DNA from: Nemertoderma westbladi
Taxonomy: Eukaryota; Animalia; Xenacoelomorpha
Reading direction: 5' to 3'
NCBI GenBank assembly: GCA_032718475.1
Contig: JAUCBJ010006701.1
Location: 62,001 to 126,000, forward strand
Length of the DNA stretch: 64,000 bases
Below, in pieces: positions 49,851 through 60,388 of this stretch (the stretch's first letter is position 1; the number at the start of each line of letters is the position of its first letter). The position numbers were made by a program, and so were the translations under genes. The notes below the pieces were generated by a model that saw nothing but the letters and a program-made list of their open reading frames with translations, ran no database searches and had not been told where the DNA came from.

Positions 49851-50349
49851 TACACTCGCTCACCTGTAGGGTGGTGCCTTACCAAGGCGCAATACAGATG
49901 AGTGATGTATTAAGATGTTTCGTACAGTTCGATAATGGCCTACTTTTCTACTTAACTGCGCCTTTCAAGCTTAATTTAATCTAATTAATTTCGGAGCTAG
50001 TAAATCAGCCTAATTTACAATTTCCGTCCGTTACTTTTATTATGTTCTAGAACGACTTTCTTTGTGTTACCACTATTTTCCGATTTTAGCCCTATTCTAT
50101 TTATTTGTTTATTTTGCTTTGATTCTACTGTCCTACTACTTACTACTGCCTATGGATTTATTCTATTCTCTCTCTGATCCATATTCTGGCCTACTCAGTG
50201 GGCCTATGCAGTACAGCAGTATGCGTCGTGTGGCCACACGATTTATCCAGCTGCACTCATATGCCCCCCTCTCGCTACTAACTCTACTTACTGCTAACTA
50301 ATATCTATATCCTATTTACCCCTTTTACCTCTTACTCTCTCTCTCTAAC

Positions 50350-51212
50350 TAATGGTACTACGTACCCTCTAACTCTAACTCTAACTAGGTACTACGTACC
50401 TACCAACTCTCTAACTATCGGTACTACGTACCCTCTAACTCTAACTCTAACCAGCGGTACTACGTACCCTCTAACTCTAACTCTAACTAGCGGTACTACG
50501 TACCTACTAACTCTCTAACTAACTCTAGGTACTACGTACCTACTAACTCTCTAACTAACTCTAGGTACTACGTACCTACTAACTCTCTAACTAACTCTAG
50601 GTACTACGTACCTACTAACTCTCTAACTAACTCTAGGTACTACGTACCTACTAACTCTCTAACTCTAGGTACTACGTACCTACTAACTCTCTAACTAACT
50701 CTAGGTACCACGTACCTAGTAACTCTCTAACTCTAGGTACTACGTACCTACTAACTCTCTAACTCTAGGTACTACGTACCTACTAACTCTCTAACTAACT
50801 CTAGGTACTACGTAACTACTAACTCTCTAACTCTAGGTACTACGTACCTACTAACTCTCTAACTAACTCTAGGTACTACGTACCTACTAACTCTCTAACT
50901 CTAGGTACTACGTACCTACTAACTCCCTAACTCTAGGTACTACGTACCTACTAACTCTCTAACTCTAACTAGGTACTACGTACCTACTAACTAACTAACT
51001 CTAGGTACTACGTACCTACTAACTAACTAACTCTAGGTGCTACGTACCTACTAACTCTCTAACTCTAACTAGGTACTACGTACCTATTAACTAACTAACT
51101 AACTAGGTACTACGTACCTCTTAGCTAATTTCTGCCTACTAACTCTCTAACTAACTCTAGGTACTACGTACCTACTAACTAAGTAACTAACTCTAGGTAC
51201 TACGTACCTACT
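50350..51212. repeat. Minisatellite of about 25 units (mostly 32-36 bp), each with the palindromic core TAGGTAC-TAC-GTACCTA
   Basis: Directly visible. Linkers are built from CTAA/CTCT modules. Confidence 0.95.
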
Positions 51213-51329
51213 ATGTACTATTATTTTTATTTTATTTTTATTTTTATTTGTGTGGGAAGGGCGTCTCGCCCTCAATCCCACCCCCCTCAGTCCAAAACTT
51301 GGACGACTAAACTTCACTCTAACTCCGCT

Positions 51330-54300
51330 TTAAGGTGCCCCTTCTAGAAGACAGCATTTACCTACCGCTCTCCTGTAGGTTTTTCTGTCCTTCGCACCTA
51401 TCTTTCCACCTATCCGCACTTCTACCGATCGGACTCTTCCGTCCTCGTCGGAGTAGGTGCCTACAACTCTCGCCAACCGCCACTGGTTGTTGATGATAGT
51501 ATCATCCGTGACGATTACGAGATCTCCCTCTCTTAACTCCCTGTTCGGCTTCCTCCACTTGCTCCGCTTATGGAGTGTGGGTAGGTATTCCTCTACCCAC
51601 CTCCTCCAGTATTCTGCGCTAATTGCTTTAGCTACTTTCCAACTTTGGCGGGAGTGTATATCATCTGGGTCTACACCCCGCATATCGATGGTCGCTGGCC
51701 TTTCCATCAGGAAATGGCTAGGTGTTAGCACGTCTAATGACTCAGGGTCATCATTCTCTGGATATAGCGGTCTGCTATTAATGATCCCCTCGCACTTCGC
51801 AAGTACTGTCCGTAAGACGTCTTCAGTGACCATGTGGGTGTTCATCAGCTTCGTCATTAGACGTTTTGAACTGCCCACCAGTCTCTCGACGCATCCTAGT
51901 GTATGTGGTGCATACGGCGTCCTTCTCTCCCACTTCACTTGTCGTCTTCTCATGGCCGCCCTGACTTCTTCTCCCTCCAAGATGTCTAAGGCCTCTGCCA
52001 TCTCACTCTCTGCGCCCACAAAGTTGGTGCCGTTGTCGCTATATATCACTGCGATCGTCCCACCTTTGCGGTCCCTAAACCTTTCTAAGGCGTTAATGAA
52101 TGCTGATGCGGTTGCATCTTGGGCGAGTTCTATCCCTACCGCCCGCGTATTGTTGCATACGAAGATAATACCGTAGCGTTTCTCCGTGTGTCGCATCACC
52201 TTGATCTTTATCGGCCCGAACATGTCCACACCGCAATGCGTAAATGGCGGGTCGTGCTGTCTTACCCTACTCGCCGGTAGTGGCGCCATCTCCTGTACGG
52301 CTCGCTCCTTCTTCGCTCGTCGGCAGGTCTGGCACTGCCCCACTACCGCTTTCACCTTCTTCCTTAGTTGTTTGACCCAATAGGTCCTCCTTATCTCTGT
52401 GAGGGTTCGGTTGGTGCCCCCATGCAGTATCGATTTGTGGGAGTCCCATATGATCTGGTGGACTATAGGCGATCCTGTGGGAATGATGATGGGTTTCGGT
52501 GGCACGACTATACTGTTGTTATATCCCACCCTAGAATTCATTACTAGAATCCCATCCTCGTTGAGTTGTGGCGACAGCGTGATCAACTCGCTATCCCGTC
52601 GGAGGTGCTGTTGGTTACCGACGCGTTCCACCTCGTCGCCGTAGTTCTTGCGTTGTTCATAGCGGATCACTGCCTTGGCCGCTCCTTCCAGATCTATGGT
52701 TATCCTGGTCTTCTTGTCCTTGCCGACTCCCGCAAGGAAATTCCCAAAGGCTCTCCAGTACGCCACTAGTTTCTTGGTCTTATACCAACTGGAACTGTAG
52801 CTGAGGAGTTTATCCGTCGGGTTGTCGCACAGTTCCCTTCCTGGTTGCACGTCCCTAATCTCCCTCACCATCTGGGAGTATATCTCTTCTCCCTCTGAAT
52901 CTCCCTCTTCTCCTTCTGATACTGGTTCCGAGCCCGGGTCCACCTTCCTCATCGGCGGCCAGGCCTCTCTATCGCTCAGAAATTGTGGCCCATGTTGCCA
53001 CAATACTTCCTTCTTCAGGAAAGTGTGGCGTTCCACGCCCCTCGACAGCAAGTCCGCTGGGTTCTCATCTGTTGGGCAGTAGTGCCACCTTTCCAGTTCT
53101 GTGCTCGCCCTTATTTCGTCCACTCTATTCGCGACGAATATCGGGTATCTCGTCTTTTCGTTGTGTAGCCAACCAAGCACTACCATGGAGTCCGTCCAGT
53201 AGTGTGTCTCCACTATGTTGGGAATTGTATCCACTAGGTAGGCTGTGGCTCTAACTCCTAGTCTCGCAGCTGTCAATTCTAACTTGGGAACAGATGCTGA
53301 ATCTGGCGGCGTTGACTTAGCTTTGCTAAAGGCTAGTCTGGGCTTGTGAGGCCCCTCTCGTTGTACTAAATAGAGTGCCGCTCCGTATGCCTCTAACGAC
53401 GCGTCGGAGAACATATGTAGGTCCAGATTCGTCATGTTCCCGTCCGGGAAATACACTCGCGGCATGTTGTATGTTCCCATCCTCTCCAAGTCTCCTGTCC
53501 ATTTGCTCCACTGTTTCTTGATGTCTTCTGGTACCTCTACGTCCCACTCATCCTTCAACTTATATACTCTCTTGAGTATCTGTTTCCCCGTGACTAGTAA
53601 TGGGGATGCTAGGCCTAAGGGATCGTATATCCTTGCTATATACGATACGTAACCCCTCTTCGTATGGGTGTCTGCGCCCTCCTGGCTCAGCTGATACTTC
53701 AGTTCGTCTGTTTTTCTATCCCACACGATTCCCAACGCCTTCTGCTGGGATTCCGTTCTCTTAATCGCCATGTCCTGTCCTTTGGCTGTTGTAGGGTTGT
53801 CCATGGTCGATTCTGGTTTCTTGTCTTCTATTTCCCTGATAAATTCTTCTGAACTGGATTGGAATTTGGTCAGGTTGAAGCCGGATCCTTTCAGGATGTC
53901 GCGAACCTCGCGCCCTGTTTCCAGTATCTCCTCAACCGTATTTCCAGACTCCATGCCGTCGTCTACGTAGAAACCGCGTCTGATCATATCGACGGCCCTA
54001 CTGCTGTATCTATCTTCCTTCCCCTTTACCGTGTCTCTCACTGCCATAGTCGTCGTAAATGAGGACGACTTGGCCCCCATATTTTGTACTACCATCTTAT
54101 ATGCCGGTATTATAGGCGGTTCTTCTTCGCCGTTATACCATAAGAAGCGTTGACTGTCGCTATCTTCCTCTGTTACTCGGACTTGGTTGAACATGCCTTC
54201 TATGTCACACGTGAAGGCGTGTTTCCCATTCCTAAATCTAAGTAGTACTTCTATGCCCGAATTGTATATGTTTGGGCCCTCTAGTAGGTAATCGTTTAAG

Positions 54301-56618
54301 CACTTTCCGTCGGTCTTTGCCGATGCATCGACTACCATCCTAAGTTTACCTTTCTTTGGGTCTAAAGCTACGTGGAGTGGCAGGTAGTATGTCCTGTCCG
54401 TGTTCGGTTCGTCGACCGGTAACTCCACGGCCCATCCTTTCTCGACGTACTTCTTAATGGTTTTGTGAATGTACTCGTTCTTCTCGGGGCTCCGTTGTAG
54501 TGTTTGTTTCAGCTTGCGGAGTCTCGTGAGTACCATCCCTCTATTATCGGGTAGCGGTATCTTCGGTAGTTTCCATACCATTCCTATTGTATACCGCCCC
54601 TCATCACACGTCATCGATTCCTCCACACTTTGTAGAGCCTGCTTGTCTTCTACCGAGGTCCCGACCCCGGTCTCTTTCAGTCCCTCGAAGTCCTGTCTGA
54701 GCAGTCTTTTAAGCTGCTCCTCTGCTCCCTCGTCACCCATTTCCTGCATTGTTCCCGCGAACATGCATCCTGATGTCTCCGACATCCTGAATGGTATCTT
54801 GCTCTTAATTGGACCACTCAGCGTCCACCCGAATGGCGTTAATATGGCCACCGGGTCGCTCTGCTTGTCTTCGCCGAAGACCGTCTGCATTCTCTCGTGG
54901 GCCGTTGGGCAGTCCATGCCTACTATGATGGATACCTTCCTAACGTCCACGTCTGGGATTGAGAAGTCAATGTTGTCCAGGAATTTGTATTGCTCGACCT
55001 CGATGTTGGTTGGCCGCCTGGCATTGATGTTAATTGACTCTATTACTTGGATGGGGTCGATGGTTGCCCCATAATCGCATCCTGGTGCCACTGCTGCAAT
55101 TGCGCACCGTCCTGTCCTCATCTCTAGGATCTCGTCTTTGCTAGAGATGGTTGTCACCGCCATCCTGCTTGGCCTCGTTCTCAACCCTATTTCTTCGGCT
55201 ACCCATTCCTCAACTAATGTGAAGGCAGCTCCACTATCAACCAGCATTAGTGTTGTTACTGATCGATTGCCTTCCCCGATCACTCGTACTGGTACTACTC
55301 CAAGTAGCACTGTTCCTCTCTTCTTCGCCCCTACTGTGCTCGTTGCCATCGTCTGGCCTCTCCTTTGGCCAAACTTGACCGGTTTCTCTTGGCATTCCCT
55401 GGCCTTGTGTCCACTCTTCACACATCGCGAGCAGATTTTATTGCTCGACGCGTAATCTATCTGGTCTTGCCTCGGTAGCGCCTGCCAGTACCTGCAGTTC
55501 ATGGTTTTATGAAGCGCATTTGCGTGTAACTGGCATTTGCTCTTTGGGTCATAGCCCTCTTTATACAATGCATTGCGTATCGCAGTTATATTCGTACCAA
55601 AGTCCCTACTATTCTTATTGACTGGGTTTGACCTACTGGACGTACTGGGGTTATGTTTATTCATGTTGTTATTGTTCCCCTGTCCGTCCCTTGATGTTGT
55701 CTTATCTTCGTTTGTCTGTGGACTTGCAGTCCCCTGCGTCGCTGCGTATGGCAATGATTGTCTGAGCCTCGGCAATGCGTTTGATGTATTGTGCTCTGGT
55801 TTGGGCCTGTAATGATCTGTCTTTGGTCCCTTTCCCAGGCTATCTTCACTATAGACTGGGTCCGTTATTAGTTCAGCCTCGTAATTTAAGAAGTTTGACA
55901 TTTCTTCTAAACCTGGTTCCGCACCCTTCTTGTCTCGGGTGGAGAAAGCGATCTTCCTCCATTTGTTGCGCAGCCAGCTCGGTAGTGCCTGCGCTATCGT
56001 GGTGATGTTATTGGACGCGTTGAGTTCGTATGGCGCGTCTAGCGTCTTCAGCACGATCAGCGCCTTCTCGACTTTGTTAGCAAACGTCTTAATGCTAACG
56101 GGATTATCCTGTAGGCCACCCGATGTTATGCCTCTCAGCGTTTGCCTGATGATCTTGGCCGGGTGCCCGTATTCCCTATCCAGTGCCCGCCATGCTGTCG
56201 TGAAGCCGCCCTCTATTCCCTGGTATTGCCTCACGATGTCGTATGCTGGGCCTCCCGTGTACACTTGTAGATACTTTAGGCACTCCGCCTGCGTCAAGTT
56301 TTTTGTTAGTATTTCGTTACTATACATTCGCCGAAACTGCAAGTATTCTTCCGGCCTGCTCCCATCGAATTTGAACGGTTCCACGGGTGGTAATTCGATC
56401 CTCGTTTTCAACGCATCGATCAACGTGGCCATCCCCATTGCCTGCGCTTCTAATGGATTCGACGGATGCTGTATAGTTTCCCCTGTCTGGTGCGGTTCGT
56501 CCGTCCTATTTCTTGATCTTCTCTGACTCGGATATGTCATCGGGGGTAGCGGCCCCCTCCATATGTCTGTATCACACGACCTGTTTTCGTCCAAGGGTTT
56601 CACTGTTCTTGCTACCAT
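51330..56618 (-). CDS. gag-pol: D Gag capsid/knuckles, protease, RT, RNase H, integrase (uninterrupted 1762 aa)
   Basis: Motifs PFKFDGS, CSRCVKSGHKAREC, LVDSGA, FYVDD, FSDAS, HGG...CQTC, GVDMFGP, SDNGTNF, YWRRWVEEYL. Confidence 0.96.
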   Translation of the reverse strand: MVARTVKPLDENRSCDTDIWRGPLPPMTYPSQRRSRNRTDEPHQTGETIQHPSNPLEAQAMGMATLIDALKTRIELPPVEPFKFDGSRPEEYLQFRRMYSNEILTKNLTQAECLKYLQVYTGGPAYDIVRQYQGIEGGFTTAWRALDREYGHPAKIIRQTLRGITSGGLQDNPVSIKTFANKVEKALIVLKTLDAPYELNASNNITTIAQALPSWLRNKWRKIAFSTRDKKGAEPGLEEMSNFLNYEAELITDPVYSEDSLGKGPKTDHYRPKPEHNTSNALPRLRQSLPYAATQGTASPQTNEDKTTSRDGQGNNNNMNKHNPSTSSRSNPVNKNSRDFGTNITAIRNALYKEGYDPKSKCQLHANALHKTMNCRYWQALPRQDQIDYASSNKICSRCVKSGHKARECQEKPVKFGQRRGQTMATSTVGAKKRGTVLLGVVPVRVIGEGNRSVTTLMLVDSGAAFTLVEEWVAEEIGLRTRPSRMAVTTISSKDEILEMRTGRCAIAAVAPGCDYGATIDPIQVIESININARRPTNIEVEQYKFLDNIDFSIPDVDVRKVSIIVGMDCPTAHERMQTVFGEDKQSDPVAILTPFGWTLSGPIKSKIPFRMSETSGCMFAGTMQEMGDEGAEEQLKRLLRQDFEGLKETGVGTSVEDKQALQSVEESMTCDEGRYTIGMVWKLPKIPLPDNRGMVLTRLRKLKQTLQRSPEKNEYIHKTIKKYVEKGWAVELPVDEPNTDRTYYLPLHVALDPKKGKLRMVVDASAKTDGKCLNDYLLEGPNIYNSGIEVLLRFRNGKHAFTCDIEGMFNQVRVTEEDSDSQRFLWYNGEEEPPIIPAYKMVVQNMGAKSSSFTTTMAVRDTVKGKEDRYSSRAVDMIRRGFYVDDGMESGNTVEEILETGREVRDILKGSGFNLTKFQSSSEEFIREIEDKKPESTMDNPTTAKGQDMAIKRTESQQKALGIVWDRKTDELKYQLSQEGADTHTKRGYVSYIARIYDPLGLASPLLVTGKQILKRVYKLKDEWDVEVPEDIKKQWSKWTGDLERMGTYNMPRVYFPDGNMTNLDLHMFSDASLEAYGAALYLVQREGPHKPRLAFSKAKSTPPDSASVPKLELTAARLGVRATAYLVDTIPNIVETHYWTDSMVVLGWLHNEKTRYPIFVANRVDEIRASTELERWHYCPTDENPADLLSRGVERHTFLKKEVLWQHGPQFLSDREAWPPMRKVDPGSEPVSEGEEGDSEGEEIYSQMVREIRDVQPGRELCDNPTDKLLSYSSSWYKTKKLVAYWRAFGNFLAGVGKDKKTRITIDLEGAAKAVIRYEQRKNYGDEVERVGNQQHLRRDSELITLSPQLNEDGILVMNSRVGYNNSIVVPPKPIIIPTGSPIVHQIIWDSHKSILHGGTNRTLTEIRRTYWVKQLRKKVKAVVGQCQTCRRAKKERAVQEMAPLPASRVRQHDPPFTHCGVDMFGPIKIKVMRHTEKRYGIIFVCNNTRAVGIELAQDATASAFINALERFRDRKGGTIAVIYSDNGTNFVGAESEMAEALDILEGEEVRAAMRRRQVKWERRTPYAPHTLGCVERLVGSSKRLMTKLMNTHMVTEDVLRTVLAKCEGIINSRPLYPENDDPESLDVLTPSHFLMERPATIDMRGVDPDDIHSRQSWKVAKAISAEYWRRWVEEYLPTLHKRSKWRKPNRELREGDLVIVTDDTIINNQWRLARVVGTYSDEDGRVRSVEVRIGGKIGAKDRKTYRRAVGKCCLLEGAP

Positions 56619-59600
56619 CGGGGTATATTGTTGATATTGTGATGGGGGAATGTCACCCTGTCCCCCCCCCCACCGGTATGTCTGGTACTGGGGTTGATGT
56701 TAATACGTTGGGGCCCATGCACCTATCCGCAATAATTCCCCCCTCCCCTGGGTATATGTTATGTCCCTGCATGCTGTAGTCATACTGCTGTGCTGGTACC
56801 GGTATAGGCCTATCAGCTTCTGGCCTACTCGCCGGTATGTATTCCGCGACTTCCGGGTTTAATCCCGTTGTCCGCGCTATCCTATCGCCTACATTGCCTC
56901 TCTCAGTATGGCCTACGGTATGTGCAGTAAGACCTACAGTATGCCCTACAGTCTGCATGTGTTGCTCGGGATCGAAGTTTATTCTTCTCGAATAATCCTC
57001 CCCGCGGCTACCGTATTCTCGATCGGTAGGTACATTCCGTCGGAAAGTTTCTCTTCGACCCCCCTCTCTACTGTTCTCTTCTTCGTACCGGTACATCGCG
57101 TACCCCTCTCTCGGCGTGTAATGCGTCTCACCGGATCGCATCCCTCCGGGGCGACGGCAATCTCCCGGAGTCCGACCCCACTGACTCTCCGTTCTCATCT
57201 CGATTACCGACGGCTCGCTGTCCGTCCTCGCTCTTCTATCGTTTGCGGCGATACTTCTACTACTCTCTTCCTCTCTTCTCCTATCAGTGGAATATTCCCG
57301 CTCACGAGATCTCTCGTCGACCTCCCGGTTAAACCCCACTGTTCTTCTTTCCTCCTCTGATCGGGCTCGACGCTCCGTCTGCCCTCCCGCGACGTCAACC
57401 TGTCTTTCTCTGCTCGATCGCACGTCGCTGGGGATACTCGCAATCCCCCTATTACTTTCCGTCGCCGGTTGTTGCGGTTTACCTTGTTCGGCCCTCGCAT
57501 TGTCCGCTGACGGCTGTGGGACACTCTCTGCCCCCCCCCCTCTCGCCGCTAACTCTCTGTTGTGGGGCCCTCGTAGCCCCCCCCCACTCGCTACATCTAA
57601 CTTCGCTACCTCTCTCCCCGCCATTATATACCTCTCTAGTCGACACATCAACCCTACTACAGTCGGGTCTATTTACCCCCCCTCTCCCTCTGCTATTGCG
57701 TGGCCTTCCAGGCCCTCTACTCCCTGCCTACCAACTACGTGGCCTACCAGGCCCTCTGCTCCTTGTCTACTAACTACGTGGCCTACCAGGCCCTCTTCCG
57801 GCTGGTTATGTAGGCCCGACGTGTTCACATTAATAGCACCCATATTGGAAACGGAATTAATTTGCTCGTTCGAAACAAAATCATTCGTATTATTCTGCGC
57901 GACTACGTTATCTGAATTATTTTGTAAATTCGGGCATGGATCATTATTTAAATTATTTGGATTATTTTGCGTAATCGCGTTATTTAGATTATTTAGTAAG
58001 TTCGAATTTGGGTTATTATTTTGATTATTTAAATTATTTTGCGTAATTACATTAATATTAGAATTATTTTCTACATTAATACTAGGATTGTTCTGATTTA
58101 AATTTAAATTACTACCACTAGGTAAAGTATTTCCTGCAATAAAGGTTTGATTAGAGTTATCCCATACGGTACTATTAATATCAACAACTTCTACTGTACC
58201 ATCATTATTACCCCCCCCCGCCCGTACGGTCACACCAGTTTTGGGTCTGTCGTGCGGTCCCTGTCAGTGGGGTATTAATAAACGTATCTAGGGCCCCCGG
58301 GTCCTCAAAAATACTCGAGCCGGCCCCGCTTGCAGACGGCGACGCTTGCGCCAGTCGCAGCTCGTGCGCCCGTCTAATCTTATGTTCCGCAAGCACACTT
58401 TGGCGTCTCTTTATTTTCTCTTGCTCTCGCTCAGCCTCTGCCCTTCTCTTCTCACACTCCTGGGTGTCCCGACTGCCCGACTCTACTATACTCCTAGCGC
58501 TCTCCCTTCGTCTCGCCTCACGCTCTTTGCGTTCCTTTTCCCTTCTCGTCTCATATTCCTTGCGTTCCTTTTCCCTTTTTGCCTCACGTTCCCTGCGTTC
58601 CCCGTCCTCCCTTTCCTCACGCTCTCTGCGTTCCCTTTCCTCCCTTTCCTCACGCTCTCTGCACTCATTTTCCTCTATTTCGTCTCTCTCCCTAAGGCTT
58701 CTCAAAGCTCTTTCGACCCTCTCTCCGGTCTCCTTAATCAATTCCGCTTCCCTCATTAACCGCACTCTCCCCTCCTCTAACCGTTCCTCCATTTCCTTCT
58801 GACCTTGCTCTACCACGTTGAGACGGTATGCGGCACCTATCTCTCTCACCACTCTTCCTTTCGCGGAGGATGTAGCAGACTTATCGGTTGCGACGGACCC
58901 CCTCCGCCTTCCCGACCTACTAACTTTCCCCCGCTTCCCGGAACTTTCTCCGACCGACGAGGCCGAATCCTCGCGGTTAACCTCGGATTCGCCCCCCTCA
59001 GGTCCCCTCCAACCCACTGGTTTTACTCCCCGGGCATCGACCAAGTATGGCCCTATGTACACTGGCGCTACGCTAGGTTCCATACTCCCACACTCCCATA
59101 GTTCAAACAGTTCGCCTGCAATTCCCTTTGCTCTCTCCCCGGCTAGTTCTCTCTGCCCAAAACGTATCAGGTAATTTAAGTGTCTGTCCGACTCACCTAG
59201 TCGCTTTCTCAGTCTCACCTCGTCTACCTTCGCCCCTTGCTTCTTGGCGTCGTTTATCAGCTTCCGGGTCGCGTTGTAGGCCCGTCGAAGTCGGTCAGAA
59301 ACCCCGACGTCCTCGTCGCCGACCTCTCCTCCGTCCCTCCGGGTCCGACGTCGTACCGGCGGCTCCACCGTCGCCGTTCCGGTGGGCCGCTCGTCGCCCT
59401 CGGCCTGTAGCTGGCCGGCGACATCGGTACCGATCTCTCCTCCGTCTCTTCGCGTCCGGCGTCGCACCGTCGGCCCCACCGTCGCCGTTTCGGTGGGCCG
59501 CTCGTCGCCCTCGGCCGGTAGCTGGCCGGCGACATCGGCGCGCCGTTCTCCGTTCCGTGTCGACTCATCTCCTTCTCCCTCCGTCTCGCTCTCCCTTTCC

Positions 59601-59761
59601 CTCTGCTCGACTTCGGGTTCCAGACCCTCCTCGTTCTGGACTTCCGGTTCGCCCGTTATCGATGGCTCCGGCGTCGTGGGCCTGTATCGCTTGGTCGCGG
59701 CCTCGCGGATCGTTAGGTCTTCGTCCGGGGTCCGCGGCGGTGTCTCGCCCGATTCACTCAT
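56619..59761 (-). pseudogene. gag: D Gag N-terminal ~1000 aa (acidic/coiled-coil, Asn-rich, disordered), frameshifted at homopolymer runs
   Basis: ORF pieces 58208-59761, 57673-58233 and 56653-57651 break at poly-C runs near 58211, 57676 and 56662. Colinear with B. Confidence 0.85.
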
Positions 59762-59831
59762 CTCGTCTGCTCGGTGGAGTTCGACTAGCTAGCGTGGGGT
59801 TCTTTGAGTTTAACTAGGGCGGCAGCTCGGA

Positions 59832-59840
59832 TTTAGTTAC
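59832..59840 (-). promoter_or_regulatory. Non-tRNA PBS of D (sense GTAACTAAA)
   Basis: Complement of LTR sequence at 60008-60016. Confidence 0.75.
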
Positions 59841-60388
59841 TGTGACGGGATCCAAGAGGGATCCCGATTTATCCGGTTGTGGTAATTTAGTCCACGCGTC
59901 CCCGCCGTGTATAAGGGTGAAATAAAGTGACTGAGTTCTGAAGTTCGGTGTATAATAGGATAGTTCATAGGATATAGATATTGTGAATGTGTACAAGGCG
60001 GGATACGGTAACTAAAGTCCCGTGATCCCCTATCTAAACTAATTGGCTATTATCCTACGCTAGCACTGCTGCACTGAGATGACTGAATCACTGGTAATAG
60101 TTACTGCCAAGTGGCTATACTGCACGGTTGGCCTTACTTACTACCTCAATCGATGCCGTTGCCCCCCTCTGATTGGTTGTTACCCTTGTTGGCGCCCCGT
60201 GGAGTATTCCCGTTCACTCCACCTGTTCTCTCTGGGTTAGGGGTTTGGCCCCTGACCCTCCGTTGTGTGCTTCCTTCCCATTCTTATTGGGATGGCGCGA
60301 GTTGGTTAATTGCCCAATCTCGCGGCTCCCAATATTGCTTATCGGCTAATAACTTTATGGGGTGTTGGCGGGATTGAATAAGCTAACA
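59841..60388 (-). repeat. 5' LTR of D (548 bp)
   Basis: TG...CA termini, followed by the TSD. Confidence 0.95.

Larger units (their letters stand above)
46065..60388 (-). mobile_element. Full-length BEL/Pao retrotransposon D (14.3 kb) nested in A2 gag
   Basis: Two TG...CA LTRs, a PPT, and 5-bp TSD ATTGT at 46060-46064 and 60389-60393. Confidence 0.96.

Noticed and set aside
50350-51212. CRISPR-like array of palindromic repeats
   Set aside because: The linkers are repetitive CTAA/CTCT modules rather than unique spacers, there are no cas genes, and the context is a eukaryotic retrotransposon.
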